From the NCBI GenBank assembly GCA_964649615.1, contig CAZYPW010000003.1, positions 30,132 through 94,131 of the forward strand: 64,000 bases of DNA. The letters run 5' to 3'. The notes under the pieces are model-generated. The model saw nothing but the letters and a program-made list of their open reading frames with translations, searched no databases and was not told the origin of the DNA. Position numbers and translations under genes: made by a program. Below, piece after piece: positions 18,326 through 26,456 of this stretch. This stretch comes from an uncultured Gammaproteobacteria bacterium (GTDB lineage: Bacteria > Patescibacteriota > Microgenomatia > Daviesbacterales > UBA10151). The stretch's first letter is position 1; each line of letters starts with the position of its first letter.

Positions 18326-20506
18326 ATGGACATTAAAGAATTGTCAGTTTTTTTTCCATTAGTTAATGAAGAAGGCAATGTTTCAGAAACTGTTGAGAGA
18401 GCGATAAAGGTTTTAGAAAAGTTGAAGCTAAAATATGAGATTTTGCTCATCAATGATGGTTCAAAAGATAGAACTGGCCAAATTATTGATGAACTGGCAA
18501 GCAAAAATCCTAAAATAAGAGTTATCCACCATGCTCAAAATTTAGGATATGGGGAAGCTTTAAAATCAGGTTTCTATAATGCTAAATATGAAACCATAGT
18601 TTACACAGATGGTGATGGGCAATTTGATTTCTCAGAAGTTACTAAATTTTTAGAAAGCATTAAAGAAAATGATTTAGTAATAGGATACCGCATCAAAAGG
18701 CAGGATCCATTTTTCAGAATTCTTTTTAAGAAGGGTTGGAGTTTGTCTCTTTTTACTATGTTTGGTTTAACTTTAAAAGATGTGGATTGTGGTTTTAAGA
18801 TGACCAAAAGAGCAGTTTTAGAAAAAATCCCCCATCTGGAGTCTCAAAGAGGAGCTATGATTAATGCAGAACTAGCAATTAAGGCCAAAAAATTTGGGTT
18901 TAAGGTAGGGCAGGTTGGAGTAAATCACTATCCAAGGCTTAAGGGTATACCAACTGGTGCCAGCTTAAATGTGATTATTAGGTCTTTTGTTGATTTATTT
19001 AGGCTTTGGTGGAAGCTGAAGGATCAAAAATGGTTGTTTATTGGGCTTTTATTTATACTCTTACTGGCCGCCTTTTTACGCTTTTACAAAATTGACCAAT
19101 ATATGACTTTTTTGGGAGATGAAGGCAGGGATGCCTTAATTATGAAAAAGATGCTAACGGGAGATATCCCTTTCATTGGTCCTCCCATGTCAGTTGGTAA
19201 TATTTACCTGGGTCCCCTGTATTACTATATGATTTTTATTCCGATGGCTCTATTTGGTTTAAATCCAGTCTCATCTGTAGCAATGAATGCCTTAATTGGG
19301 GTTTTAACAGTCATGATGGTTTACTATTTAGCTAAGGTTTGGTTTAGCAGGGTATCAGCGCTCACTGCTGCATTTTTATATTCTATTTCTACTGTGGCAA
19401 TTACTTATTCCAGATCATCCTGGAATCCAAACCCTTTGCCCTTTTTTTCTACCATAGTAATTTTTAGTTTATATAAGTTGCACCAAAGCAGTAATTTTAA
19501 GTGGCTTGTTTTAACAGGAATTTCATTAGGGGCAGCTCTGCAAATGCATTATTTGGGATTAATTCTTGCTCCCATTATTATCATAGCTTTATTTTTTGAG
19601 TTTATCACCAAAAGAGACCAGTTAAAAAATATAGTGTCTGGTATTGCTTTAGGGATATTTTCTTTTCTTTTGGTAATGTCTCCACTGATTGCTTTTGATT
19701 TAAAGCATGATTTTTTAAACCTCAGGGCAATTTTGGCAATTTTTGGTGAAGGTGAAGCAGTTGCTTTTAATCTTTTGTCAAACCTAGAAAAAATCCCTTC
19801 CATCTTTGGTTATAACCTGATTGGCAGGTATATAGCAGGAGAGAATATTTTTCTGGAAATAATTTTAGCTTCACTGATTATTTATGTTTTAGGAGCTAAT
19901 TTGATTAAATGGTATTTTAAAAAAATAGAAAATTATCCCTCTTTTCTTTTAACTATCTGGATTGTTGTTGGTTGTTTGGTGCTTTCTTTTGTTAAGCATG
20001 AAACTTATGACCATTATCTTAATTTTGTAAACCCGGCCCCATTTTTAGCAGTTGGGGCAGCAGCTGCTTTAATAACTGGCAGTTACAGTAGAAAATGGAT
20101 TTTAAGGACTCTTTTTGGATTTTTGATTTTAATATTAACTATCCTCAATTTACAAAAAAATCCCCTCAATTTTCCTCCTAATAATCAGCTGCAAAAAACT
20201 CAGGGGATTGCTAAATTTGTACTAGAGAAAACAGAGGGTAAAGCTTTTAATTTTGCTTTACTTTCAGAAAATAACTATGATTCTGCGTATCAATTTTATC
20301 TGGAAGAATATGGTTATCAGCCAAAAGTACTGCCATTTGAGAAAACAGCCCAGCTGTTTGTGGTTTGTGAAGATCCAATCTGCAATCCAATCTATAGCCC
20401 TAAACATGAGATAGCAGCTTTTGGGTGGGTTAAAATAGAAGAAATGTGGGAATATAAAGGGGTTAAAATCTATAAGTTAATTCATAATCCAGATCAACCA
20501 AAATGA
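18326..20506 (+). CDS. Fusion protein: N-terminal GT2 polyprenyl-phosphate sugar synthase (ArnC/DPM1-like) + C-terminal GT-C (ArnT/PMT-like) membrane glycosyltransferase
   Basis: GT2 part: ILLINDGSKDRTGQII...VYTDGDGQFD. GT-C part: FLGDEGRDALIMKKM...GPPMSVGNIYLGPLYYYM plus about 11 TM. Confidence 0.65.
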   Translation: MDIKELSVFFPLVNEEGNVSETVERAIKVLEKLKLKYEILLINDGSKDRTGQIIDELASKNPKIRVIHHAQNLGYGEALKSGFYNAKYETIVYTDGDGQFDFSEVTKFLESIKENDLVIGYRIKRQDPFFRILFKKGWSLSLFTMFGLTLKDVDCGFKMTKRAVLEKIPHLESQRGAMINAELAIKAKKFGFKVGQVGVNHYPRLKGIPTGASLNVIIRSFVDLFRLWWKLKDQKWLFIGLLFILLLAAFLRFYKIDQYMTFLGDEGRDALIMKKMLTGDIPFIGPPMSVGNIYLGPLYYYMIFIPMALFGLNPVSSVAMNALIGVLTVMMVYYLAKVWFSRVSALTAAFLYSISTVAITYSRSSWNPNPLPFFSTIVIFSLYKLHQSSNFKWLVLTGISLGAALQMHYLGLILAPIIIIALFFEFITKRDQLKNIVSGIALGIFSFLLVMSPLIAFDLKHDFLNLRAILAIFGEGEAVAFNLLSNLEKIPSIFGYNLIGRYIAGENIFLEIILASLIIYVLGANLIKWYFKKIENYPSFLLTIWIVVGCLVLSFVKHETYDHYLNFVNPAPFLAVGAAAALITGSYSRKWILRTLFGFLILILTILNLQKNPLNFPPNNQLQKTQGIAKFVLEKTEGKAFNFALLSENNYDSAYQFYLEEYGYQPKVLPFEKTAQLFVVCEDPICNPIYSPKHEIAAFGWVKIEEMWEYKGVKIYKLIHNPDQPK

Positions 20507-21246
20507 AAAACCTTCAACTATCAGTAGTGATACCTTCATATAATGAGGCAAAAAACTTAAAAAAAGGAAGTTTAGATAAAGTAGGCAATTATCTTAAAGA
20601 ACAAAAAATTGATTTTGAGGTAATAATTGTTGATGATGGTTCATCTGATTCCTCTGTGGAAATTATCAAAAAATATATTTCAAAAGTCAGAAATTTTAAA
20701 CTAATTCAAAATGCTCATGGAGGAAAAGCCATGGCTGTGATGACAGGCATGATGGAAAGTAAAGGTAATGTTATTCTATTCATAGATATGGATCAGGCCA
20801 CCCCAATTAATCAAATTGAAAAATTTATTCCCAAGTTTGAGGGTGGTTTTAACATTGTTATAGGGTCAAGGCAAGGCAGAAAAGGAGCCCCATTGATCAG
20901 AAAACTGGCAGCCTGGGGATTTTCAGTTTTAAGAGGGATAATTTTGGGATTGCCTTTTAAAGATACCCAGTGTGGGTTTAAAGCTTTTTCTTATGAAGCT
21001 GTAGAAAAATTAATTCCTAAAATTAAGCATGAATGGGGAGTGGTGCATTTTAAGGGAGGAGCAGTTAATGCAGGCTTTGATGTGGAACTTTTATATTTAG
21101 CTAAAAAATATGGGTTTAAAATTGCAGAAGTTCCTGTTGAGTGGAATTATGTAGATACAGAAAGAGTCCAGGTGATCAAAGATGCAGCTGCTGCCATCTA
21201 TGATATGTTAAGAATCAGGATCAATGATCTTTTAGGAAAATATTAA
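20503..21246 (+). CDS. GT2 glycosyltransferase (GtrB/DPM1-like polyprenyl-phosphate sugar synthase)
   Basis: LSVVIPSYNEAKNL, IIVDDGSSDSS, FIDMDQ (DxD). 247 aa soluble GT2. Confidence 0.75.
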   Translation: MKNLQLSVVIPSYNEAKNLKKGSLDKVGNYLKEQKIDFEVIIVDDGSSDSSVEIIKKYISKVRNFKLIQNAHGGKAMAVMTGMMESKGNVILFIDMDQATPINQIEKFIPKFEGGFNIVIGSRQGRKGAPLIRKLAAWGFSVLRGIILGLPFKDTQCGFKAFSYEAVEKLIPKIKHEWGVVHFKGGAVNAGFDVELLYLAKKYGFKIAEVPVEWNYVDTERVQVIKDAAAAIYDMLRIRINDLLGKY

Positions 21247-21284
21247 CCCTGTTAGATTTTTTATAAGTGTGGTAACTTAATCTA

Positions 21285-21824
21285 ATGAGTGATACTCAAG
21301 AAATTTGCCCTAAATGTGGTGCTCCCTTAGGAGAAGTAACAGAAACTCAAAGCGGTAAAAAGCTGCAAAGATGTTCCACTGGATCCTGGAATAAAGAAAC
21401 CAGAAAAAATGAAGGATGTGACTATGTGAAGTGGATACAAGCTGAACCACAAGAGTTAGATGAAAAATGTCCCAAGTGTGGTAATAATTTAATCCTGCAA
21501 GTTACCAGATTTGGCAAGAAGATGAAAAAATGTTCAACAGGTGGTTGGGATGCTGTTGAGAAAAAAGCCACAGGATGTGATTATGTGGAGTGGATTAACG
21601 GAACATCAGAACCCCTTGATATGGATTGTCCAACATGCGGGGAGAAACTGGTATTATTTACAACCTCTGCCGGCAAGAAAATGGAGAAGTGTTCCACATC
21701 CGGCTGGGATAGTGTTAATAGGAAACCAACAGGGTGTACTTATGTTAAATGGCTTAAATCCGGTGAAGTCCCAGCCTCAAATGCAGGTGAAGAATTCCTT
21801 CCACCCCCACCAAAAGAAGAGTAA
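21285..21824 (+). CDS. Protein made of three tandem C4 zinc-ribbon repeats (topoisomerase-I-type/YrdD-like Zn-ribbon variant)
   Basis: Three ~43-aa repeats CPxCGxxL...GKKMxKCSTxGWDxVxxKxTGCxYVxW at aa 7-49, 62-104 and 115-157. 12 Cys total. Confidence 0.55.
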   Translation: MSDTQEICPKCGAPLGEVTETQSGKKLQRCSTGSWNKETRKNEGCDYVKWIQAEPQELDEKCPKCGNNLILQVTRFGKKMKKCSTGGWDAVEKKATGCDYVEWINGTSEPLDMDCPTCGEKLVLFTTSAGKKMEKCSTSGWDSVNRKPTGCTYVKWLKSGEVPASNAGEEFLPPPPKEE

Positions 21825-21833
21825 GATACTATC

Positions 21834-21863
21834 TTGACATACTGACTATATGGTCAGTATTAT
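21834..21863 (+). promoter_or_regulatory. Consensus-like sigma70 promoter (TTGACA-18-TATTAT) overlapped by a perfect 8-N6-8 palindrome ATACTGAC-tatatg-GTCAGTAT (putative LexA-type operator)
   Basis: TTGACA at 21834-21839, TATTAT at 21858-21863. Palindrome 21839-21860 spans the spacer. lexA-like ATG only 9 nt downstream of the -10 (near-leaderless). Confidence 0.5.
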
Positions 21864-21872
21864 AGATAAGTT

Positions 21873-22508
21873 ATGGATACAGTTACTGCCAATCAGAATG
21901 AAAGATTAACTGAAAGACAAAAACAAACCCTGGTGTATATTTATAGTTGCATTAGATATTCAGGATATCCACCTACCTTATCCCAGTTGCGGGAAGAACT
22001 GCAAGTTGTGTCTAATCAGGCAGTCATTGATCTTTTAAAAATTCTGGAAAATAAAAAATACATTCAAAAAGAAGAAAATTCTGCGCGTGCTCTTAAAGTA
22101 ACTCAAAAAGGGTATGAAGAACTAAATGTTTCTCCCTATGCTCCTATGGTCGGGACTACAGCCGCAGGACCGTTTATGGACACTCTAGAACAATATGGCG
22201 AGTGGAAAGAAATATCATCTGATTTATCTAAGCTTTCGGAAAAGCTTGCGCTTTTTAAAATAAAAGGGGATTCAATGACTGGAGCCGGGCTGAGTGAAGG
22301 GGATATTGTGGTTGTGCAGTATGAAATAAATGAATTCCGGAATGGGGATATTGTTTTGGCAAAAAACGATGAAGGGACAACAATAAAAAGATTTGTAAAT
22401 GTAAATGGAAAAATACACTTAGCGCCGGAAAATCCAAAATATTCAAAAATTCCGTTTACTCCAGACTTGCGTCTTATAGGAAAAGTAATCTCAAAAATTG
22501 AAGTATGA
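21873..22508 (+). CDS. lexA: LexA-like repressor (winged-HTH DNA-binding domain + S24 autopeptidase domain)
   Basis: N-term LTERQKQTLVYIYSCIRYSGYPPTLSQLREEL...AVIDLLKILENKKYI. Ala-Gly cleavage region TTAAGPF. C-terminal GDSM...K Ser/Lys dyad region (KGDSMTGAG ... TIKRF). Confidence 0.8.
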   Translation: MDTVTANQNERLTERQKQTLVYIYSCIRYSGYPPTLSQLREELQVVSNQAVIDLLKILENKKYIQKEENSARALKVTQKGYEELNVSPYAPMVGTTAAGPFMDTLEQYGEWKEISSDLSKLSEKLALFKIKGDSMTGAGLSEGDIVVVQYEINEFRNGDIVLAKNDEGTTIKRFVNVNGKIHLAPENPKYSKIPFTPDLRLIGKVISKIEV

Positions 22509-24442
22509 ACACAAAAGAAATTCTGGATAAAATATTTAAAAGCCCTGACCAAAATTATGGCCTTTTGGAATTTAGCAGCCTTCATCCGGAGGATATTTTA
22601 AATATTTTTGAAAAAGAGCCTGGAAAATATTACTTAAAGTGTTTTATCCGGAATAAAGATTTACTTGTTTGGAATGAAGAGAAACAAATTGGAGAACCTG
22701 AAGAAATAGTCAGACAACTTTGGATTCAGAAATTAATAAAAGAATATGAATATCCGCAAGATAGATTAACTGTTGAAGTTACTGTTGATTTTGGGAGGGA
22801 AGTTCATGAAAAAGCAGCAGATATTGTAGTTCTTCAGGATGATAAAGAAACTGCCTGGGTTATCATTGAAACAAAAAGTCCTGATTCAAAAGACGGACTT
22901 GAGCAAATAAAAAGTTACCTTAATGCAAAAGGCGGTCCCATTGGAGTATTAAGTGATGGAAAATCAAAAGTAATTTTATACAGGCCTTATCCGCACCAAT
23001 TTGAAAATACACTTCGGAATATTCCGCGGGCTAATCAAACCATTCAAGATGTTTTTGAATCTCGCCTTACTATAAATGATCTTGAGACTAATTTTGATTT
23101 GGTAAAGATCATTAAAGTTTTAGAAGAGTTGGTTTTGGCGGGCGCAGGTGTTGATTCATTTAATGAAATTTTCAAACTTATTTATGCAAAATTGTATGAC
23201 GAAAAGTACGCAAAGGATCGGAAAGATGAACTTTTATTCCGCCAGTCATCAGATCCGAGAATAACTTACGATAATATTAATAAACTTTTTGAGGATGCAA
23301 AAAAAGAATGGCCGGGAATGTTTTTGGCCGGGGAATCGATTCAACTTTCACCTTCTCATTTGTCGGTATGCATTGGGGAACTGGAAAAAATAAAATTATA
23401 TGATGCGAATTTAGAAATTGTAGACCAGGCATTTGAATATTTGCTTCCGGATGTTGCCAAAGGGAAAAAAGGGCAATATTTTACCCCCCGTCATGTCATA
23501 GATATGGTGGTTAAAATGCTAAATCCTAAAGAAGAAGAGTATGTGATTGATCCGGCTTCCGGATCCGGCGGGTTTTTAATCCATGCGATGCAGTGGGTTT
23601 GGGATCATGGCCTTTTGGAAAAATCCCGGGAAACAAAAATAAATTACGCGGCAACCCACATTTACGGAATAGATTTTGATGATAAGCCGGTAAAAATTTC
23701 CCGCGCTTTAATGCTTATTGCCGGAGACGGAAAATCTCATGTATTTAAATTAAACTCCTTAAACCCAGCAGAATGGAGTGGAGATGAGGGAGAAAAAGGG
23801 GTAGCAAGATATGAGTTACAGCAAAGGTTGCATGAATTTGATGACTATACAAAAGATGAGGATAATAAAAAACATTTTAATGTTTTTGATTTTGATATTT
23901 TACTAAGCAATCCCCCCTTTGCCGGCGAAATAAAAGAAAGAACACTTCTTAATGAATACGAGCTGGCAAAAAACGATAAAGGTAAACTTCGCAACAAAAT
24001 GGAAAGGCATATCCTCTTCATTGAAAGAGCGCTGAACTTGTTAAAACCCGGAGGAAGAATGGCAATAGTGCTACCTCAAGGAGTTCTCAATAATACCAAT
24101 ATGGAATACATTAGAAATTGGATTTTTGATAAAGCCAGAATTTTGGCTGTGGTTGGACTGCATGTAAATACTTTTAAACCACATACAGGTACAAAAACCT
24201 CTGTAATATTTTTGCAAAAATGGGCAGATGATGAAAAAATCCCAGATGATTATCCAATATTTATGGCGGTTTCCAAAAATAGTGGGAAAGATAACAGCGG
24301 TGATTATATGTATAAAAAAGACGCGGAAGGAAATTTTATTATGGATAGCAAAGGGCACAAAGCGGTTAATCATGATCTTAATCAAATAGCAGATTCATTT
24401 ATAGAATTTGCAAAAAAGGAAGGGTTTAGTTTTTGGAGGTAA
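22505..24442 (+). CDS. Restriction-modification A subunit: N-terminal PD-(D/E)xK HSDR_N-like nuclease domain fused to N6-adenine DNA methyltransferase (type IIB/BcgI-like; alternatively atypical type I HsdM)
   Basis: N-term D-IVVL...IIETK...LEQIKSYL...PIGVLSDGK. MTase motif I VIDPASGSGGFL, FTPRHV, motif IV LLSNPPFAGE. 645 aa (BcgI A is ~637 aa). ATGA overlap with lexA-like stop. Confidence 0.65.
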   Translation: MNTKEILDKIFKSPDQNYGLLEFSSLHPEDILNIFEKEPGKYYLKCFIRNKDLLVWNEEKQIGEPEEIVRQLWIQKLIKEYEYPQDRLTVEVTVDFGREVHEKAADIVVLQDDKETAWVIIETKSPDSKDGLEQIKSYLNAKGGPIGVLSDGKSKVILYRPYPHQFENTLRNIPRANQTIQDVFESRLTINDLETNFDLVKIIKVLEELVLAGAGVDSFNEIFKLIYAKLYDEKYAKDRKDELLFRQSSDPRITYDNINKLFEDAKKEWPGMFLAGESIQLSPSHLSVCIGELEKIKLYDANLEIVDQAFEYLLPDVAKGKKGQYFTPRHVIDMVVKMLNPKEEEYVIDPASGSGGFLIHAMQWVWDHGLLEKSRETKINYAATHIYGIDFDDKPVKISRALMLIAGDGKSHVFKLNSLNPAEWSGDEGEKGVARYELQQRLHEFDDYTKDEDNKKHFNVFDFDILLSNPPFAGEIKERTLLNEYELAKNDKGKLRNKMERHILFIERALNLLKPGGRMAIVLPQGVLNNTNMEYIRNWIFDKARILAVVGLHVNTFKPHTGTKTSVIFLQKWADDEKIPDDYPIFMAVSKNSGKDNSGDYMYKKDAEGNFIMDSKGHKAVNHDLNQIADSFIEFAKKEGFSFWR

Positions 24443-24443
24443 T

Positions 24444-24959
24444 ATGAAAAACAAGAAGGAAAAAATATACGCTTTTATAGACAGCCAGAATTTAAATCTT
24501 TCAGTAAGAAATGATATTATCCGAAAGAGGAAAACAGTATATAAAGGATGGCAGCTTGATTTTGAGCGTTTCAACGTTTATATAAAAGCAAAATACCGTG
24601 TCACTAAGTCCTTTCTATTTATCGGGTACAGAAAGGAGAATCAGAATTTGTATGATCGTTTAAATGCGGCAGGGTACGTCCTTATTTTTAAACCGACTCT
24701 TGATTCTCAGGGAAAAACAAAAGGAAATGTTGATGCAGAATTAGTTCTTCATGCCATGGATAAAATTCGGAGATATGATAAGGCTGTATTGGTAACAGGA
24801 GATGGTGACTTTCATTGTCTTGTAGAGTATTTAATCAAGAAAAGGAAATTATATAAAGTCCTTATACCCAATCAATACAGCTACTCCTCTCTTTTAAGGA
24901 AATTTAAACAATATATATCTTTTGTTAACGTATTAAAGAATAAGCTGGAGAGGAAATAA
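24444..24959 (+). CDS. NYN (LabA/Limkain/YacP-like, PIN-fold) nuclease domain protein
   Basis: IYAFIDSQNL...GNVDAELVLHAMD...AVLVTGDGDF are the acidic motifs of the NYN domain. Start set at ATG 24444 preceded by GGAGG, rather than the overlapping 24408. Confidence 0.65.
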   Translation: MKNKKEKIYAFIDSQNLNLSVRNDIIRKRKTVYKGWQLDFERFNVYIKAKYRVTKSFLFIGYRKENQNLYDRLNAAGYVLIFKPTLDSQGKTKGNVDAELVLHAMDKIRRYDKAVLVTGDGDFHCLVEYLIKKRKLYKVLIPNQYSYSSLLRKFKQYISFVNVLKNKLERK

Positions 24960-25082
24960 AGCGAGTTTGTTGCTTCGCAATAAAAAAGACAGGCATTTGC
25001 GCGGCATGAAAGCCTTTGCAGGAGCCTGTCATCGTGATTAGTAGTAGTATACGTTTATATTAAAGTAAAGTCAAGACTAACT

Positions 25083-26444
25083 ATGTCATTTTCAATAATT
25101 CAAAAATCTCAACTTGAAGGAGCGTATAGATTGGATGCGGAATATTATCAGCCGGAATACTTAGAAGTAGTCAATAAAATTTCAAAAATTCCCCACAATA
25201 TCTTAGAAAATATCTCTGAGAGCTTGTTAAGCTTCGGAGCATATTCACTTACCAGTTCTATAGTATGGCAGGAGTCTGGGATCCCATTTATCACAGCAGA
25301 AGACATCAAAGAAGGATTTATTGCTCTTGAAAACGTACGCTTTATAGATGAGAGGGCAGATGAAATTTTAAAAAAGTCTAGAGTTCATGAAGGCGAAGTG
25401 TTATTGGCTATGTCAGGTAAAGTTGGAGATACGGCTGTAGCGATTAATATTCCACCACGGCTTAATTCGAACCAAGATATAGTCAAAATTAAACTTAAAA
25501 AAAATTATTCGTCATACCTTCTCGCTGCTTTTCTGAACTCTACGTATGGAAGATTACAAATATTACGTCTCCCAGTTGGAAGCGTACAGCAACATATATT
25601 TCTTTGGCAAACTAAGTCATTATTGGTTCCAAAATTTCCGAAGAATCTCATTGAAGAAGTTGAACAGTCATATAAATTAGGGCTAGAAGAACTTGAAAAT
25701 TCAAGATTACTTTACAAACAAGCTGAAGACGTACTATTGAATGGATTGGGGCTCAAGAATTTTCAAGTTGAAGATGATTTATGTTTTGTTGTTAATCTTT
25801 CAGGTGTAAAATCTGCAAACAGAGTTGATGCTGAACATTTTCAGCCAAAATACGAAGAGTTATTAGAGAAAATTCAGCAAAAGAATACTAAAGTATTTAC
25901 TGACGTTATTAGGAATGTAACAGCAAAATTTAATCCTCTTAAAACATCAGATGAAACTTTTAAATATGTCGAACTTGCAAACATAAATTCTTCAATTGGA
26001 GTCATTGATGGATATTCAGAGATTCTAGGAAAGGAAGCACCAAGTAGAGCTAAAAGATTACTTAAAAAGGGAGATGTTATTGTATCAAGTGTTGAAGGTT
26101 CATTGGAAAAAGTCGCACTAGTAGATGGTACTCAAGAGGGGTACTTGGCCTCTACAGGATTTTTTCAGCTTAGATCAGAAGGAATATTGCCAGAAGTGCT
26201 TTTAGTTTTAGCAAAAAGTATTGTTATGCAGTGGCAATTAAAAAAACATTGCGCAGGAACCATCTTAACAGCAGTACCTAGTGAATCTTTACAGAAAATG
26301 TTTGTACCCGCAATACCAAAGGAGACTCAGCAAAAAATTGCGGAGTTGGTAAGAAAGTCGCATGAAGCCAGAAAGAAATCAAGAGAGCTTTTAGAAGAAG
26401 CAAAAAGAAAAGTTGAAGAGATGATAGAAAAGGGTAGTTCGTGA
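25083..26444 (+). CDS. hsdS: Restriction-modification specificity (S) subunit with two target-recognition domains
   Basis: Internal duplication (RLDAEYYQPEY / RVDAEHFQPKYEELL). Conserved HsdS helices LLVPKFPKNLIEEVEQ and MFVPAIPKETQQKIAELV. 453 aa. Confidence 0.75.
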   Translation: MSFSIIQKSQLEGAYRLDAEYYQPEYLEVVNKISKIPHNILENISESLLSFGAYSLTSSIVWQESGIPFITAEDIKEGFIALENVRFIDERADEILKKSRVHEGEVLLAMSGKVGDTAVAINIPPRLNSNQDIVKIKLKKNYSSYLLAAFLNSTYGRLQILRLPVGSVQQHIFLWQTKSLLVPKFPKNLIEEVEQSYKLGLEELENSRLLYKQAEDVLLNGLGLKNFQVEDDLCFVVNLSGVKSANRVDAEHFQPKYEELLEKIQQKNTKVFTDVIRNVTAKFNPLKTSDETFKYVELANINSSIGVIDGYSEILGKEAPSRAKRLLKKGDVIVSSVEGSLEKVALVDGTQEGYLASTGFFQLRSEGILPEVLLVLAKSIVMQWQLKKHCAGTILTAVPSESLQKMFVPAIPKETQQKIAELVRKSHEARKKSRELLEEAKRKVEEMIEKGSS

Positions 26445-26456
26445 TAGAATAACTTC

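Noticed and set aside
24408-24443. Longer start for the NYN gene at 24408 overlapping the RM A gene
   Set aside because: ATG 24444 is preceded by a GGAGG Shine-Dalgarno sequence and begins just after the upstream stop. The 24408 extension lies in the upstream gene's coding region.
22505-26444. Interpreting the RM genes as an orphan type I methyltransferase (HsdM+HsdS without HsdR)
   Set aside because: Not fully rejected, but considered less likely. The A protein carries an N-terminal PD-(D/E)xK HSDR_N-like domain fused to the MTase and is the size of BcgI-type A subunits. This fits a self-contained type IIB-like restriction enzyme better than a methylase-only remnant. A distant hsdR elsewhere in the genome cannot be excluded.
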